In this document: one piece after another, positions 34,511 through 47,000 of the stretch
How positions within the stretch are numbered: the first letter of the stretch is position 1
How the letters are laid out: every line of letters starts with the position of its first letter
Assembly: GCF_048593235.1 (NCBI RefSeq)
Contig: NC_133618.1
Location: 12,626,468 to 12,690,467, forward strand
Source: Sminthopsis crassicaudata
Lineage: Eukaryota
DNA length: 64,000 bases
Reading direction: 5' to 3'
Translations under genes and position numbers: made by a program
The notes under the pieces: model-generated
Seen by the model: the letters and a program-made list of their open reading frames with translations, nothing else
Told to the model about the DNA's origin: nothing
Databases searched by the model: none

Positions 34511-35164
34511 TCCCATTATCATCCTCATTGGTCCTCCATCAGAAGCTGGTTGCTTTCTTAGAGGCCAAATCCAGATCCTTCATTTTACAGATAAGGAATC
34601 TGAGGCTCAGGGAGGTTTAATTACTTATTCAATGTCACCCAGCATGCATCTTAGGAAGATTTGAATTCAGATCTTCCTGACTTGAAGTCCAGGTCCCATC
34701 TGCTTTTAGGCTAATCAGGACATTAAATTTCAACTAATGGAGGCTCTCTATTGGAGGAGCCTTTTCTGAATCACTGATTTTTCAGCGTCTTCCTAAAAGT
34801 CTCTTGTTTGTCTTTGGATGCTCTGCACTAAGTGTCTATAAGGCTGATAACAGTTGGTGTTTAATGAATGCTTATTGATTAAGAGTTAAGCATTCAAGCA
34901 CTTAGCTGTGCCCCTGATTAGCAAGCCCCATTAGCTTTCCAAGCTTTGCTTCTCTCATCCCGATGGAATGGGAGTGTCAGAACTGAGGGCATCTAAAGAC
35001 TCTCCCAGCCCCAGCGTTCTAAGGGATGATGCTACTCCCTCCCCATTAGTGAACTCTATTGAACTTGGCTGGTGTTAGAATCAGGCCCCTACGGCCTAAG
35101 GTTCGGTGGCGATGAACAGCTGAGATGACATAGAGCCCGAGGTGTTGGTGTAGTTTGGGAGCCC

Positions 35165-35604
35165 TCAGTATGTCACTACTACTACCACTAGTACTACTAC
35201 TACTAGTATCACTACTACACTGTTACTACTACTATACTATCACTACTACCACCACTACTACTACTGTACTACCACTACTACCACTATTACTACCATTACT
35301 ACTANNNNNNNNNNNNNNNNNNNNNNNNNNNNNNNNNNNNNNNNNNNNNNNNNNNNNNNNNNNNNNNNNNNNNNNNNNNNNNNNNNNNNNNNNNNNNNNN
35401 NNNNNNNNNNNNNNNNNNNNNNNNNNNNNNNNNNNNNNNNNNNNNNNACTGTTACTACTACTATACTATTACTACTACCACTACTACTACTACTGTACTA
35501 CCACTACTACCACAGTATCACTACTACTACTACCATTACTACTACTATACTATACTACCACTACTGTCAGTACTACTACCACTATTACTACCATTACTAC
35601 TACT

Positions 35605-35635
<31 letters not shown>

Positions 35636-36325
35636 TACTACTACTACTACCATTACTACTACTATACTACCACTACTGTCAGTACTACTACCACTATTAC
35701 TACCATTACTACTACTATACTACCACTACTACTACCATTACTACTACTATACTACCACTACTACCACTACTACTACTACTACCATTACTACAACTATACT
35801 ACCACTACTGNNNNNNNNNNNNNNNNNNNNNNNNNNNNNNNNNNNNNNNNNNNNNNNNNNNNNNNNNNNNNNNNNNNNNNNNNNNNNNNNNNNNNNNNNN
35901 NNNNNNNNNNNNNNNNNNNNNNNNNNNNNNNNNNNNNNNNNNNNNNNNNNNNNNNNNNNNNTCACTACTACTACCATTACTACTACTATACTACCACTAC
36001 TGTCACTATACTACTATACTACCACTACTACTACTACTACCATTACTACTACTATACTACCACTACTACCACTACTACTACTACTACCATTACTACTACT
36101 ATACTACCACTACTGTCACTACTACTACTACCATTACTACTACTATACTACCACTACTACTACTACTACCATTACTACTACTATACTACCACTACTACCA
36201 CTACTACTACTACTACATTACTACTACTATACTACCACTACTATCACTACTACTACTACTACTACTACCCACTACTATTACTACTACTATATTACCACTA
36301 CTATCACTACTACTACTACTATCTA
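35165..36325. repeat. (ACT/ACC/ATT)n trinucleotide microsatellite with two N-gaps
   Basis: Continuous actactacc/actatact units; explains ORF 35155..36435. Confidence 0.95.
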
Positions 36326-37409
36326 TACAGTTTGGTTGCTGCTCACTGCAGATTCCCTTTGAGGACTGTGGTTTCAAAGAGGGAACTCCTCTTTGGGACG
36401 GGAGGACAGGGAATGATCTACTTGATGGTCAATGACCATAATGATGAAAATATAAAAGAAGAGACCTCCCACCATCAGAAAATGGCTTAGTATTCATGAA
36501 ACTCAAGCCATAACTTCCCCCATCTGAAAAGTGGGGAGGGACTGACTCATTCCGAGTATTTTTTTGGACCGTGGCTATAGTGTCCTAGATGTGGTCCAAG
36601 TAGGACGGGCTACAGCTTAGTTCAGGGAAGAGTGTATTTCTTTGATGCGTTTTTAATAATTTAATATTTACTTAGACTCTTCTGTGTTTAGACATATCCT
36701 TCATAAAGTCATCACATCCAGCATTTCATGATGACATTGTTGTCGTATTAGGAAAACTTCAGTCTTCTGTAATGCTGTAATGTGTTTAAATCATCCATTT
36801 GTGACATTGTTCCCAATTGACCCCTGGAACGTTATTTCATCTAGCATCTTTTTTCCAGAGAGAGCTTAAGAGGGAAGGTGAGATTTTCCTACTGTTAGAG
36901 TTGTCCCAAAGTGCCCCCTTGGAGGGGCTTCCCCTTGCTGGGGATCTCCAAGCCCAGAGTGGAATGGGACTGACTTAGTGGGAGACTCGCTGAGGTTTGG
37001 ATTGGACCAGTTGGCTGCTGACGCTTCTTCCAGCTCTTATGTCCAGTGATAGCCCTCTGCCCCTGCCCTGCCCCCACCCCTTGGCCTATAACGGAATTAA
37101 AGCTGAAATTTTGGCGTCACTTCTCTAGAACGATGGAATCTTGGAGCTGGAAGAAACCTCAGTTCATTTCACTGGAATGGCCATTTGTCGGTTGTCGCCT
37201 CTGGGTTTAAGAGGGGATTATTTCATGCTTCTTACTCGTGTCCCCAGTGCCTGGAGTGGCGGACAGTTGGCACATAAAATGTTGGCTAATTAGTTGATTT
37301 ATTGGTGGAAGATACAAGAACAATGTATGAGTCCTCCAGTTTGTGAGCTCAGTGTAGAGGCAAAGCAGAGAAAGCACAAACTGTTTAGTTAATGCATAAA
37401 GTGGTATAT

Positions 37410-37830
37410 GCTACCACTACCACGATTACTACTACTACTGCTACTACCACTAGTACTGCCACTACTACTACTATTACTTTTAGTATTGTTTCTACTATTA
37501 CTAATTATTACTAGTTATTAATAATACTAATTATAATAATGCAATAGTAATTATTATTACTCCTTCTCCTCCATCTCCTATTACTACTACTACTTCTGTT
37601 ACTATTATTACTATTACTACTTTTACTATTGTTATTACTGCTTCTACTACAATCAACACTATTACTGCTTACTCCCACCACTATAACTCCTACTATTATA
37701 CCACTACTACTACCAACACCACCATTATGACTACAATTACTACTACCCAGTACTACTATCCCCATCCCCATTACTATTACTACAATTACTACTACTACCA
37801 CCACCACTACTTCTATTACTACTAGCACTA
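37410..37830. repeat. Degenerate (ACT/ATT)n microsatellite
   Basis: attactactac-type repeats; explains ORF 37511..37828. Confidence 0.88.
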
Positions 37831-40713
37831 ATATATATACAGCACTTTAAAGTCTATAAACCATTCATCGATATTAATTTGATCTTCACAATAATCCTGT
37901 GAAATAAGTGCTATTATTTAACCCATCTTACAGAAGGAGAGAGAAAACTGAGACTGAGAAAGGTTAGTGAGGAGCTTGTCTGGCATTACAGAGCTAATAA
38001 GTGGCAGAAACAGGATTAGAACCAGGATTGTCAAGATTGGAAGCTGAGGTTTTTAATGAAGTTAGAAGAGGAAATGTAGATTGTCATGAAAAGCTTCCTG
38101 GGAAACATGGGATCTGACCCGGCTCTAGGAAGGCAGGTGGGATGCATCCTGAGCAGTGGAAGGCTTTGCAGAAGGAGGGAGAGCAAAGCTCAGAGGAAGT
38201 GAATGCTGCTGGAATGTCCTGAGGACAGCAGGGCCGGCCGGGGTGGGGAGTGATGAGAAAATTGGAGAGATAGAGCAGGAATGAGCTGGGAGGACCATGA
38301 GTAACAGGCTGGAATGTGTCCCCAAAGCCCTGGGGGAGGGAGCTGCAAACTTGTGAGCTAAGCAGTGGAACCCTAGTGAGAAGGTCCATTCAGATGGAGC
38401 AATCCCTCCATTTCCCCTTTATTCCCACCNNNNNNNNNNNNNNNNNNNNNNNNNNNNNNNNNNNNNNNNNNNNNNNNNNNNNNNNNNNNNNNNNNNNNNN
38501 NNNNNNNNNNNNNNNNNNNNNNNNNNNNNNNNNNNNNNNNNNNNNNNNNNNNNNNNNNNNNNNNNNNNNNNNNTATGTATTTGTTCATTTTATTCATCCA
38601 TTTATTGATTTATTCATTCATTCATTTGTTTGTTCATTTATTTATTCATCCATTTATTGATTTATTCGTTCATCCATTCATTTATTTGTTCATTATTTAT
38701 TTATTTTATTCATAGCAGAAGGTACTAAATGACCCTTTCTGAGTCTCTGGCTTAGTCCCTCAGGCCATTCTTGTTTATAGGATCATACATTTAGGATCGG
38801 AAAGAACCTTAGAGATTGTTTATTCCAAACCTCTCATTTTACAGATGAGGAATCTGAGGCCCAAATAAGTTAAGCGCCTTGCCCAAAGTCACAGAACCAG
38901 TTGACAGGCGGGTCTTAAGTGCTCACTGTGTGCCAGGTACTGCACTAAAATCTGGGATTGCATATATTTATGAAAGAAAGGCATTCTTTGTCCTTAGGAA
39001 AGTTCCATTCTAATGGGGGAAGGTGAAGAGGGAGTGGGGAAAAGCTTGGAGGGTCAGGAGAGCTCTCAAGAAACGCTCTGTGTGGTGAGTGTAGGGTTGG
39101 GTAGAGCTGGTTCATGTGGCTCAGACTGGCCGTTGCTACCCATTTTCTCTTTTCTCATTTTCCCCATCCACGATTCTTTGTCACCCAGACTGCTCTCCTG
39201 CTAGCCGTCCTTCACAAACCTTCCCAGTCTCTTTACCCCTTCCCTGAAAACCATTCTTTCTCTCCTTGGGCTGCCCTGCTCTTCTAGCTCTAAGGATCTT
39301 CTTGGCTCAAACACCCCGTAGGATCATGGGATTCAGAGCCTATGGGGAGGAGCGCCAGGTAGGTGCATCTTGTTCCTTGGGTTTCTTTGATTTGGGGCCC
39401 GAGGGTGTCCCTTGGGTCACTGGGTTTCCCTCGGGGTTCCATCTTGGGTTTCCTGCTCTCTCCATTAGCACCCCAGATCTTCTGATGTTCCTGCCAGCTT
39501 TTTACCAATTTTGGCTGCCTTTAAGAAATGCCTTTGTGAGAACCTTGTGCCCTTGGCTCCTCCGAGCTTCGGTCCCCGAAGTGGAAGAGGATCTATGGGA
39601 GGAGGCCCTTTAAGTACACAGAGAGGAAGCCCAGGCCGGCTTTGGCTGAGGGTTTGAACTTTCGACAATCCAAACAATTGTGAAGGGTAATTAATGGGTC
39701 TCTGAACTCCCTGCCCCCTAATCTGGCCCAAACCCGTTGTCTAAACACACTAACTTCTCTTCAGCTATTGGGGCTGGGATCAGTGGAGGAGAAAGGGCCC
39801 TAGTCAACAGCCGGAGCCTGGCCCGAACTCGGCCAAGCCAGGGGCACACAATGGCACAATGGCCGTGTCCCAGAATAGAGACGTGTTGTGTTAAGTTCCT
39901 GAACTCGGTCCAGGCTCCTGGCGGGGCTTAGGGGTGGGAGAGCCTGTAAGTCCTGCTGGCTCTAGACAGACCCTAAATAACAGATGACGTCACCAGCACT
40001 TCCTGCCCTGATGGGCCGGCCTTCTCTGGGGGGCAAGTCAGAGAGTTGTGTAACCTTGGAAGTAGCCTTTGAGGCGGACCTCAGTGGGCCCCCACATCCT
40101 CAGCTGCAGGCTGACAGCTGGATTTTTCATACATGTTCCTAAGTAGGGGGGGGTTGGCAGGGAGCCTTGCGGCATCCCCAGGAGGAACAGTTAGGGCCTT
40201 CATTAATTAGGGACCTGTTTGTGAGTTGGCTGTTCAGTGTGGATTGTTTGAACTGGGCTCCCTTGTATTTGGAGCAGCCATCCTCAGCCACATCTGGAGG
40301 CTTGTGTTCGGTTCTGAGCACAATGGTTTAAGGGGGACACGGACCAAAGGGAGAGTGGCTAGGGGCGAGGAGGACGTGGAAGGGCCTCAATATCATGTCT
40401 AGCAGGGAGGGTGGAAGCCTGGAGAGGAGATGACAGCTGTCCACAAGGACTGGAAGGGCTGGCAAGAGCTTGGGATCAGCTTTGTTATTTCTGGCCCCAG
40501 AGGGCAGACGCAGGAGCAGTGGGGGTGGGGGAGTGGGAGATGCTCAGGCCAGTGTAGACATGGTGGGAAGAAAAACACCTGCTACTAATGAGAGCTGTCC
40601 CACAGGACAGCAGCCTCCTTAAGTGCGGCAGGACTGTCCTGCAGGAGAGTGGCCCACTTGGGGGAGGGAGAGCTGTCCCATGGGAGAATGGCCTTCTTGG
40701 GAGAGAGAAGGGG

Positions 40714-40918
40714 AAGTGAGATGTCCCAGTGCAGAATGGCCTCCTTAAGTGGAAGAAGAGGAGTGAGATGTCCCAGTGCAGAATGGCCTCCTTAAGTGGG
40801 AGAAGGGGAGTGAGATGTCCCAGTGCAGAATGGCCTCCTTAAGTGGGAGAAGGGGAGTGAGATGTCCCAGTGTAGAATGGCCTCCTTAAGTGGGAGAAGG
40901 GGAGTGAGATGTCCCAGT
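40714..40918. repeat. 47-bp minisatellite (4 copies + partial; degenerate copies upstream from about 40580)
   Basis: gagtgagatgtcccagtgcagaatggcctccttaagtgggagaaggg at 40761, 40808, 40855, 40902. Confidence 0.92.
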
Positions 40919-41149
40919 CCTTTTTAAGTCTCCAGGAAAAGCCTTTGCTGCTGAGTGTTTAGCCTAAGTGGGATCAGAGTTGTGAAGTGCTTTGCAGACC
41001 TTGAAGCTCTATACAAAGTGTGATTAGCCACTCCTTCCACCACTGCTAAGCCTGTTAATATAATATATTATATTTATTATTAATATATATTATATATTAT
41101 TATTATATAAATAATATATTTAAATTCTACAGTATGGCCACATTTTTGT

Positions 41150-41375
41150 GGTTGTTCATTCATTTGGACTCAGACTCTCTGTGACGCCATTTTCTTGGCC
41201 ATTTTCTTCTCCAGCTCATTTTACAGATGAGGAAACTGAGGCAGATAGGGTTAAGTGACTTGCTCAGGATCACGCAGCTAGGAAGAATCGGAGGCTGCAT
41301 TTGAACTCAGAAAGATGAGTCTTTCCAACTCTAGATCCAGCCTTTTTTCCCACTGCCCCACTCAGCTGCCCCAAA
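41150..41375 (-). mobile_element. MAR1-type CORE-SINE
   Basis: ttttcttctccagctcattttacagatgaggaaactgaggc...gttaagtgacttgctcaggatcac...atttgaactcag. Confidence 0.8.
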
Positions 41376-44300
41376 TTCAAATGTTACCAGTGTGTCATTT
41401 CAGAGTGGGAGCTCAGTTAATAAGTACATACAATTGTTGTAACTAAGAAAAATGAGAGAACAGAACTTGGCAGGTGGAGGTTTGATCTCCTGGCATATAA
41501 TGGGTGCTTAATAAATGCTTACTGACTTTCTCTTGACTGGTTCACTGGTTATTCTCTAGGCCACTCTTTTAAAACACATGAATTGCCAGTCTAATTTTGG
41601 AGGGAGTTTCCATACTGGGATTTCCCTATTCTGATGAAATCATAGATTCAGACTAAAAATTAAAAGATAATAATAATAAAAAAAAAAACTAGGCAGAAGA
41701 ACGACCGTCTTAGGCTAACAACTGATCACCCATGGCAACGACCATGTAAACAGGACCTGGTTCTACCCATTTGCTTATTGTTCTCCGCTGGCGGTTGAGG
41801 TCAGCCTGTGGTCTGCAGCCAGTGGAACATTTGAGCACATGTGTGTTTCTGAACACCCTGGCTCTAGGAGGAAGACGAAGGGCTCTCCGTCCCTTGGATC
41901 CCTTTCTCGGCAGGGAAGGGACAGGAAGGAAAGCTGTGAGACAGAGCTGGCCTTCAATCATGAAAGCAAAGCAGGCCGAGCTTTTGTGTGCGCTCTCTGC
42001 CACACAGTCCGGGAAGTTCTTATTTTTGGCAGGCCGGGCCCAGATCTGTGGTCTGGTATCCCTGAGCAACCCGGCGCTGAGACAAACAGAGGAAGTCCCA
42101 TTACTCACACACTTCTCTCAGCCACTTCATTATCATCCTGACACATCCAACCCTGGGGGACTCCAGAGAGGGGGTTCCCTGGCGGTTAAATCTTGGGGAA
42201 AGCAGATGGAGAATGGGATGGAGTTTTGTTTTAAGTGTATTGCTTTTGGGGTTCTTTTTGCTTGTTTCTTTCTAACTTGCCCCCAAGAATTTGTTCTCAC
42301 TTAGGCCTAGTTCCAAATGGAAAGTCCCTCCCTTTCCCAAAAACTACTATTGAAGATGGGGAAGTAGAGAGAAGAGTACAGCTCCGCACTCCCAGTTCCC
42401 CTAAAACGGACTCCATCGCCATTTATTAAACTCTTTCCTTTCCGTGGGCTGCCAAAGACACTGTTGCTGGGCAAACACATCTCTTTAGTCACACAATTCT
42501 CAGCCTGGAAGGGTTTTTAGTGCCCATCTGTGAGCTCTCTAAGGGACAGGGACCACCTTTTTGGTTTTTTATTCTGTCTCTAAGAAATATCAGCCCAGTG
42601 ACTCTGGAAAAAGCCTTTTAACCATTTTGGACTTTACCTTCCTCATCTGTAAAATGGAATTACCATTACCCTCCTCTTCCTCCCCCTAAGTCTATTTTGA
42701 GCCAAGAGCTGCTTTGTAAACCTTGAAGTAGAAAAGAGAGAGATTAGATCTGCGATTTCACTGGAATGAAGATCCCCTGCATGGGAAACTCCTGCCAATG
42801 CCGGCTGGCACCTCCTCTGTAATTTGTGGCATGAGGAAGTTGTCAAGGGCATCGAGGGGCCATAAGAGACTTGCCCAGTCAGTTTGTAAACCCTCTGTCC
42901 CTCATTTAGGTGACTTCGGAGTGCCTTCCTTCCCTCAGATCCTATGATTCTAAGAGTTCCCAGATGAGCTGCTCTGAGGACTCTGGATCAGTCAACCTTA
43001 GAATATGGTGTCCAGGAGCAGATCTCATCGATGGGATTTTAATTTTCTTTACCTGTTAGAGACTCCCCTCCCTCCACATCTTTAATATTTTACATATTAA
43101 AGCTCTTAGCTCCCTACTTGTTCTCTTCCCTCTTTTGCTACCTGACTGACCTTAAACTCCCATCCTCAGTTTCCTGATCTGTAAACCACAACTCAGAAAT
43201 GCAGTTAATAACCTTTGCAGTTTACCTCTTAAATTTGCTTTGGGGAAAGCAGTTTGTAAAGAACTACTTCTGTAAGCACTGTCGCTGTAGAACACAAGGG
43301 TGAGTGGCTGGTGACTCACTCGGTCCCTTTCTCCATCCCCTAGCAGGGTTGAAAGCCTCCCAGACCACTTTTCTCTCTCTGCCTTCTGGACCAGCTGGGA
43401 GACAGGAATTTTTCCTCTAGTCCCATCTTGTGCCGTTCTTTCTTTTCTTGGGTGAAGGTGGGGGAGCCAGTAGACATTGATTAAGGACTCTCCTATGTGT
43501 CAGATATTGTCCTAACTCTGTGATTACAAAGAAAGAGAAAAATTCAGAATTGAATGGGGAAGACAATATGTCAAAAGTAACTGGAAATGGGAAGTTGGGT
43601 ATCATGGGGTGGTGAAGGGGCTGCTGGGACCTTGCCTTGTGTGGATGAGCTGGGAGGAGCTCCACCCTTGTTCGTCCTCCACTCTGCTCTGTCAGAGGGA
43701 GGGAGGGACCCAAGGGGCAGGGAGTAATGCAGAGCTGTGAGTTTCAAGTGCATTTCATCCTAAAAGTATGGACTCTCCTAAGAACCTTAATATTGGTTTA
43801 GAGCAGTTTCAGGCTCTTTTAGTCATCAGGGAAACCAATACCCAGATCCACGTGAAATTCTGTTTCTGTTCTTAGGGAGTTAAAAGTTATAAAAATGATA
43901 ATAAAATTAGCTCACAGGGCCCCCAGGTTATCTCTGACTATCAAGCTAGTTAAGTTGGGCCCTAGCTCATATATTTTCTGAACTACAAAACTCCTTCAGA
44001 GCCATAAACTCCCGATCTACACAATTTGATTACAGTTAAACACATTGGTACAATTCAAGTGGTGGTGGGGGGGAAAACAGCTTTATTTTCCCCATCTGGA
44101 CCTTACTGCTGCTGCCTGCAGGGCATGAAGCTTCTGGTCACCCAAATTCTGTGCTGTGACTCCTTTCTCATCTCCTTCTCTGCCCATCTCTTGCATTTCT
44201 GGAGAGCCACAGCCTTCCCCAGTGCCCTTTCTCGCTCCCCCCCCCCCCCCATTCTAAGGTTTTACACATTTCAGGATCTTGTACTTTCTCACATAATGCC

Positions 44301-44474
44301 ATTATCTCAGTATTGCGCCATATCTCCCAGAGGATTCTGGGACCAGTTCCTAGAAGTTTGGACACTTGATCTGACCAATGAAAATGTTCCTTCCTTCTAT
44401 GAAAATTAATCCTTCGATGCCCATCAATTAGGGAGTGGCTCAATAAACTGAAGTATGTGTTTGTGATGCAATGT

Positions 44475-45020
44475 TATTGTTCTATGGGAAATGATGAGCA
44501 GGATGCTCTCAGAAATAAAAGAAAAATCCCTGTAAAGTCCTCCATGAACTCAAGCCAAGTGAAATCTCCTGTATACAGAGTAATAGCGATGTTCTTGGAT
44601 GACCAGCTGTGAAAGACTTTGCTGTTCTCAGTAGTACAATCCTCCATAACTACCCTGAAGGACTTAAGATGAAAACTCCTATTCATACCCAGAGAAGGAA
44701 CTGATTGTGTCTCAATATAGATCGAAGCATTCTCTCTGCCTCTTCTTAATTTTTCATGAAGGTTCTTATTTTTATCAGGGTGGGAGATCTATTTTTTTTT
44801 TTTACAACTTGACTTTTATGGAAATATTTTGCATGACTTCACATATGGTTTCTTAATTGTGAGTGGGAATAAGGGAGAGAACATACAACTCAAAAAATTT
44901 TAAAGCAAATGGAAAAAAATTGTGCTTTGAATATAGCGGAGGAAAATATTAGATCAGTAAAATTAAAAAAAATAAAAATAAAGCTGAATAGAAGAAAATA
45001 AACAAAAACAAAACAAAATT
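44475..45020 (+). mobile_element. Marsupial L1 3' fragment (sense to gene) with A-rich tail
   Basis: gaaatgatgagcaggatgctctcagaaa...ccagagaaggaactgattgtgtct...; A-rich end 44955-45020. Confidence 0.75.
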
Positions 45021-45459
45021 ATAGCCCTCCCTCTTAACAATAGCCTGTGCAATTCTGAATTCACTTTCCATGGTTGTTCCATAGAACCATTAAATGCATC
45101 GGAAGCCTTCTTGTTATTTTAAGTAAGAGAAAAGGGTGTCTCTTGGGCCAGAATCATTGAATTGGAAAGGACCTTGGAGGCCCTTTAGTCCAGGATTATA
45201 CTGTCCAACTTACTTGACAAGGTGTCATCCAGTCTTTGCTTAAAGACTGTCAAGGAAGAGGAGCAAACTACCTCTTATTGTAATTGGTGACAACTTTAAT
45301 TTTTCAGTTTTTTTTAATACCTAATACAGTACTTGGATAATTATGGGAAATATGACCTTCCCTGAAATTAATGAACTCTTTTAAGATTTTCTATAGCAAT
45401 TCATCCCTTCAATATGAATATATTTTCCAGTTACTCACCTTTCTCTGACCTCCTCTTTG

Positions 45460-45710
45460 CTGCCATTAAGTCATTTTTCAGTCATGTTTGACTATCCATG
45501 ATCCCATTTGAGATTTTTTTGGAGTGATTTGCCACTTTTTTCTCCAGCTCATTTTACAGATGAGGAAATTGAGGCAAGCAGGTTGAAGCATCTTGTCTAG
45601 GATCCCATAGCTAGCAAATATCTGAGGCCAGATCCTGAAATCAGGAGGATGATTCTTCCTGATTCTTAGTCTTGCAGTCCATCCACTCAGTGCTAACTAG
45701 CTGCCTCCCC
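45460..45710 (-). mobile_element. MAR1-type CORE-SINE
   Basis: gtcatttttcagtcatgtttgactatccatgatcccatttgag...tctccagctcattttacagatgaggaaattgaggc. Confidence 0.75.
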
Positions 45711-46833
45711 TCCCCTTTCCCATCTACAATTTCATTCCCATTTTTCCAGTGATACTCGCCATTAAATATCATTCTTTATCTTTCTTTTATTAAGTTTCTG
45801 TCCATCATTTAAAGCTTAGTAGAATACAGGCCTCTTTCCCTTTATATGCAGATATAAATTGTAGAATCTGTTGGGCTTATCGATAGCTCTGTCACAAGAT
45901 CCCAGGAGACTTCAAGCAAATTGCTTAGTCATTTGGGCTTAACGTTTCTCTTTAAAATTTAATTCCATTTTTTTCAATTAAAAATCTATTTTTGTTTCCT
46001 CCCCTTCCCCTCCCACAAAAAGTTGAGTTGAAAAAAAATAGAAAACTCTTGTAAAAATATGTATAGTCAAGCAAAACCAAATTCCCACATTTGACTATAT
46101 CAAAAATACACGTCTCAATCTATATCCTGAATCCATCCCCTCTCTGTCAGGAGATGGGAAGCATGTTTCAGTGTGAGTTTTTTGGAACCCTCGTCGGCCT
46201 TTCCCTTGATCAGAGTTCTAAAAATTTAAAAAGGTTTGTGTCTTTACAATATTGGAATTGTCTAATTGATTTTCCTCTTCCTTCCTTATTCTGCATTAGT
46301 TTATATGAGCTCTTAAACTTCTCTGAAGCCATTCCCTTCATTATATCTTACATTTAGCCTTTCTTCTCTCTCAAAGTTTGAAATATTACCATTTGCTTTT
46401 CATTTCATTATTAAAAAAATATGTGGGCACTATACTGTAATCCTAAGCCCTGTGGGAGTGAAAGTAATGGTCATGTTGGGATTTGTGGGAGATGAATGGG
46501 GTGGGGGGGAGATAGAGAAGCCAGCGGAAGAGGAATATGGCCCAAGCTGAGAGCCGAGTGCATAACTAGCAAGCCCTCGTAGCTGGAAGTACCCAATAGA
46601 ACACAATGGGGAATGAGGCAGAAGAAGGCTGGAAACCAGGCTATCAAGAGCTTTAAACTTCAAATTAAACAAACATCTGTAAGTATACGGATCAAGTAAA
46701 CCATGGCATTTAGAGGTGCCACGGAATCACTGGAGTTCATTAAGTTGGAAAGTTGACATGGTCGCTGGAGAGATTTGGGTTGTTTATTCAGGCTGGTGGA
46801 GTGCATTTTTGGAGCAAAACAAAAACAAAAGGA

Positions 46834-46969
46834 GGGGCAGCTAGGTGGTGCAGTGGATAGAGCACCAGCCTTGAATTCAGGAGGACCCGAGTTCAAATGT
46901 GATCTCAGACACTTAAGACTTCCTAGCTGTGTGACCCTGGGCAAGTCACTTAACCCCAGCCTCAGGGAA

Positions 46970-46985
<16 letters not shown>
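46834..46985 (+). mobile_element. Full-length WSINE1-type SINE with intact Pol III A/B boxes
   Basis: A-box TGGTGCAGTGG 46846-46856, B-box GAGTTCAAAT about 46889-46898, CORE motif, A-rich tail. Confidence 0.9.

Positions 46986-47000
<15 letters not shown>

Noticed and set aside
35155-36435. 426-aa ORF rich in L/T/Y
   Set aside because: ACT microsatellite plus N-gaps.
45921-45935. 15-nt exact match to the promoter ARE/octamer segment (ttgcttagtcatttg, 4824-4838)
   Set aside because: Lies in a decayed MIR-like CORE (caagcaaattgcttagtcatttgggcttaacgtttctc); a single short match is compatible with chance.
46834-46985. tRNA-like A/B boxes
   Set aside because: Part of a tRNA-derived SINE head followed by the CORE and an A tail, not a tRNA gene.
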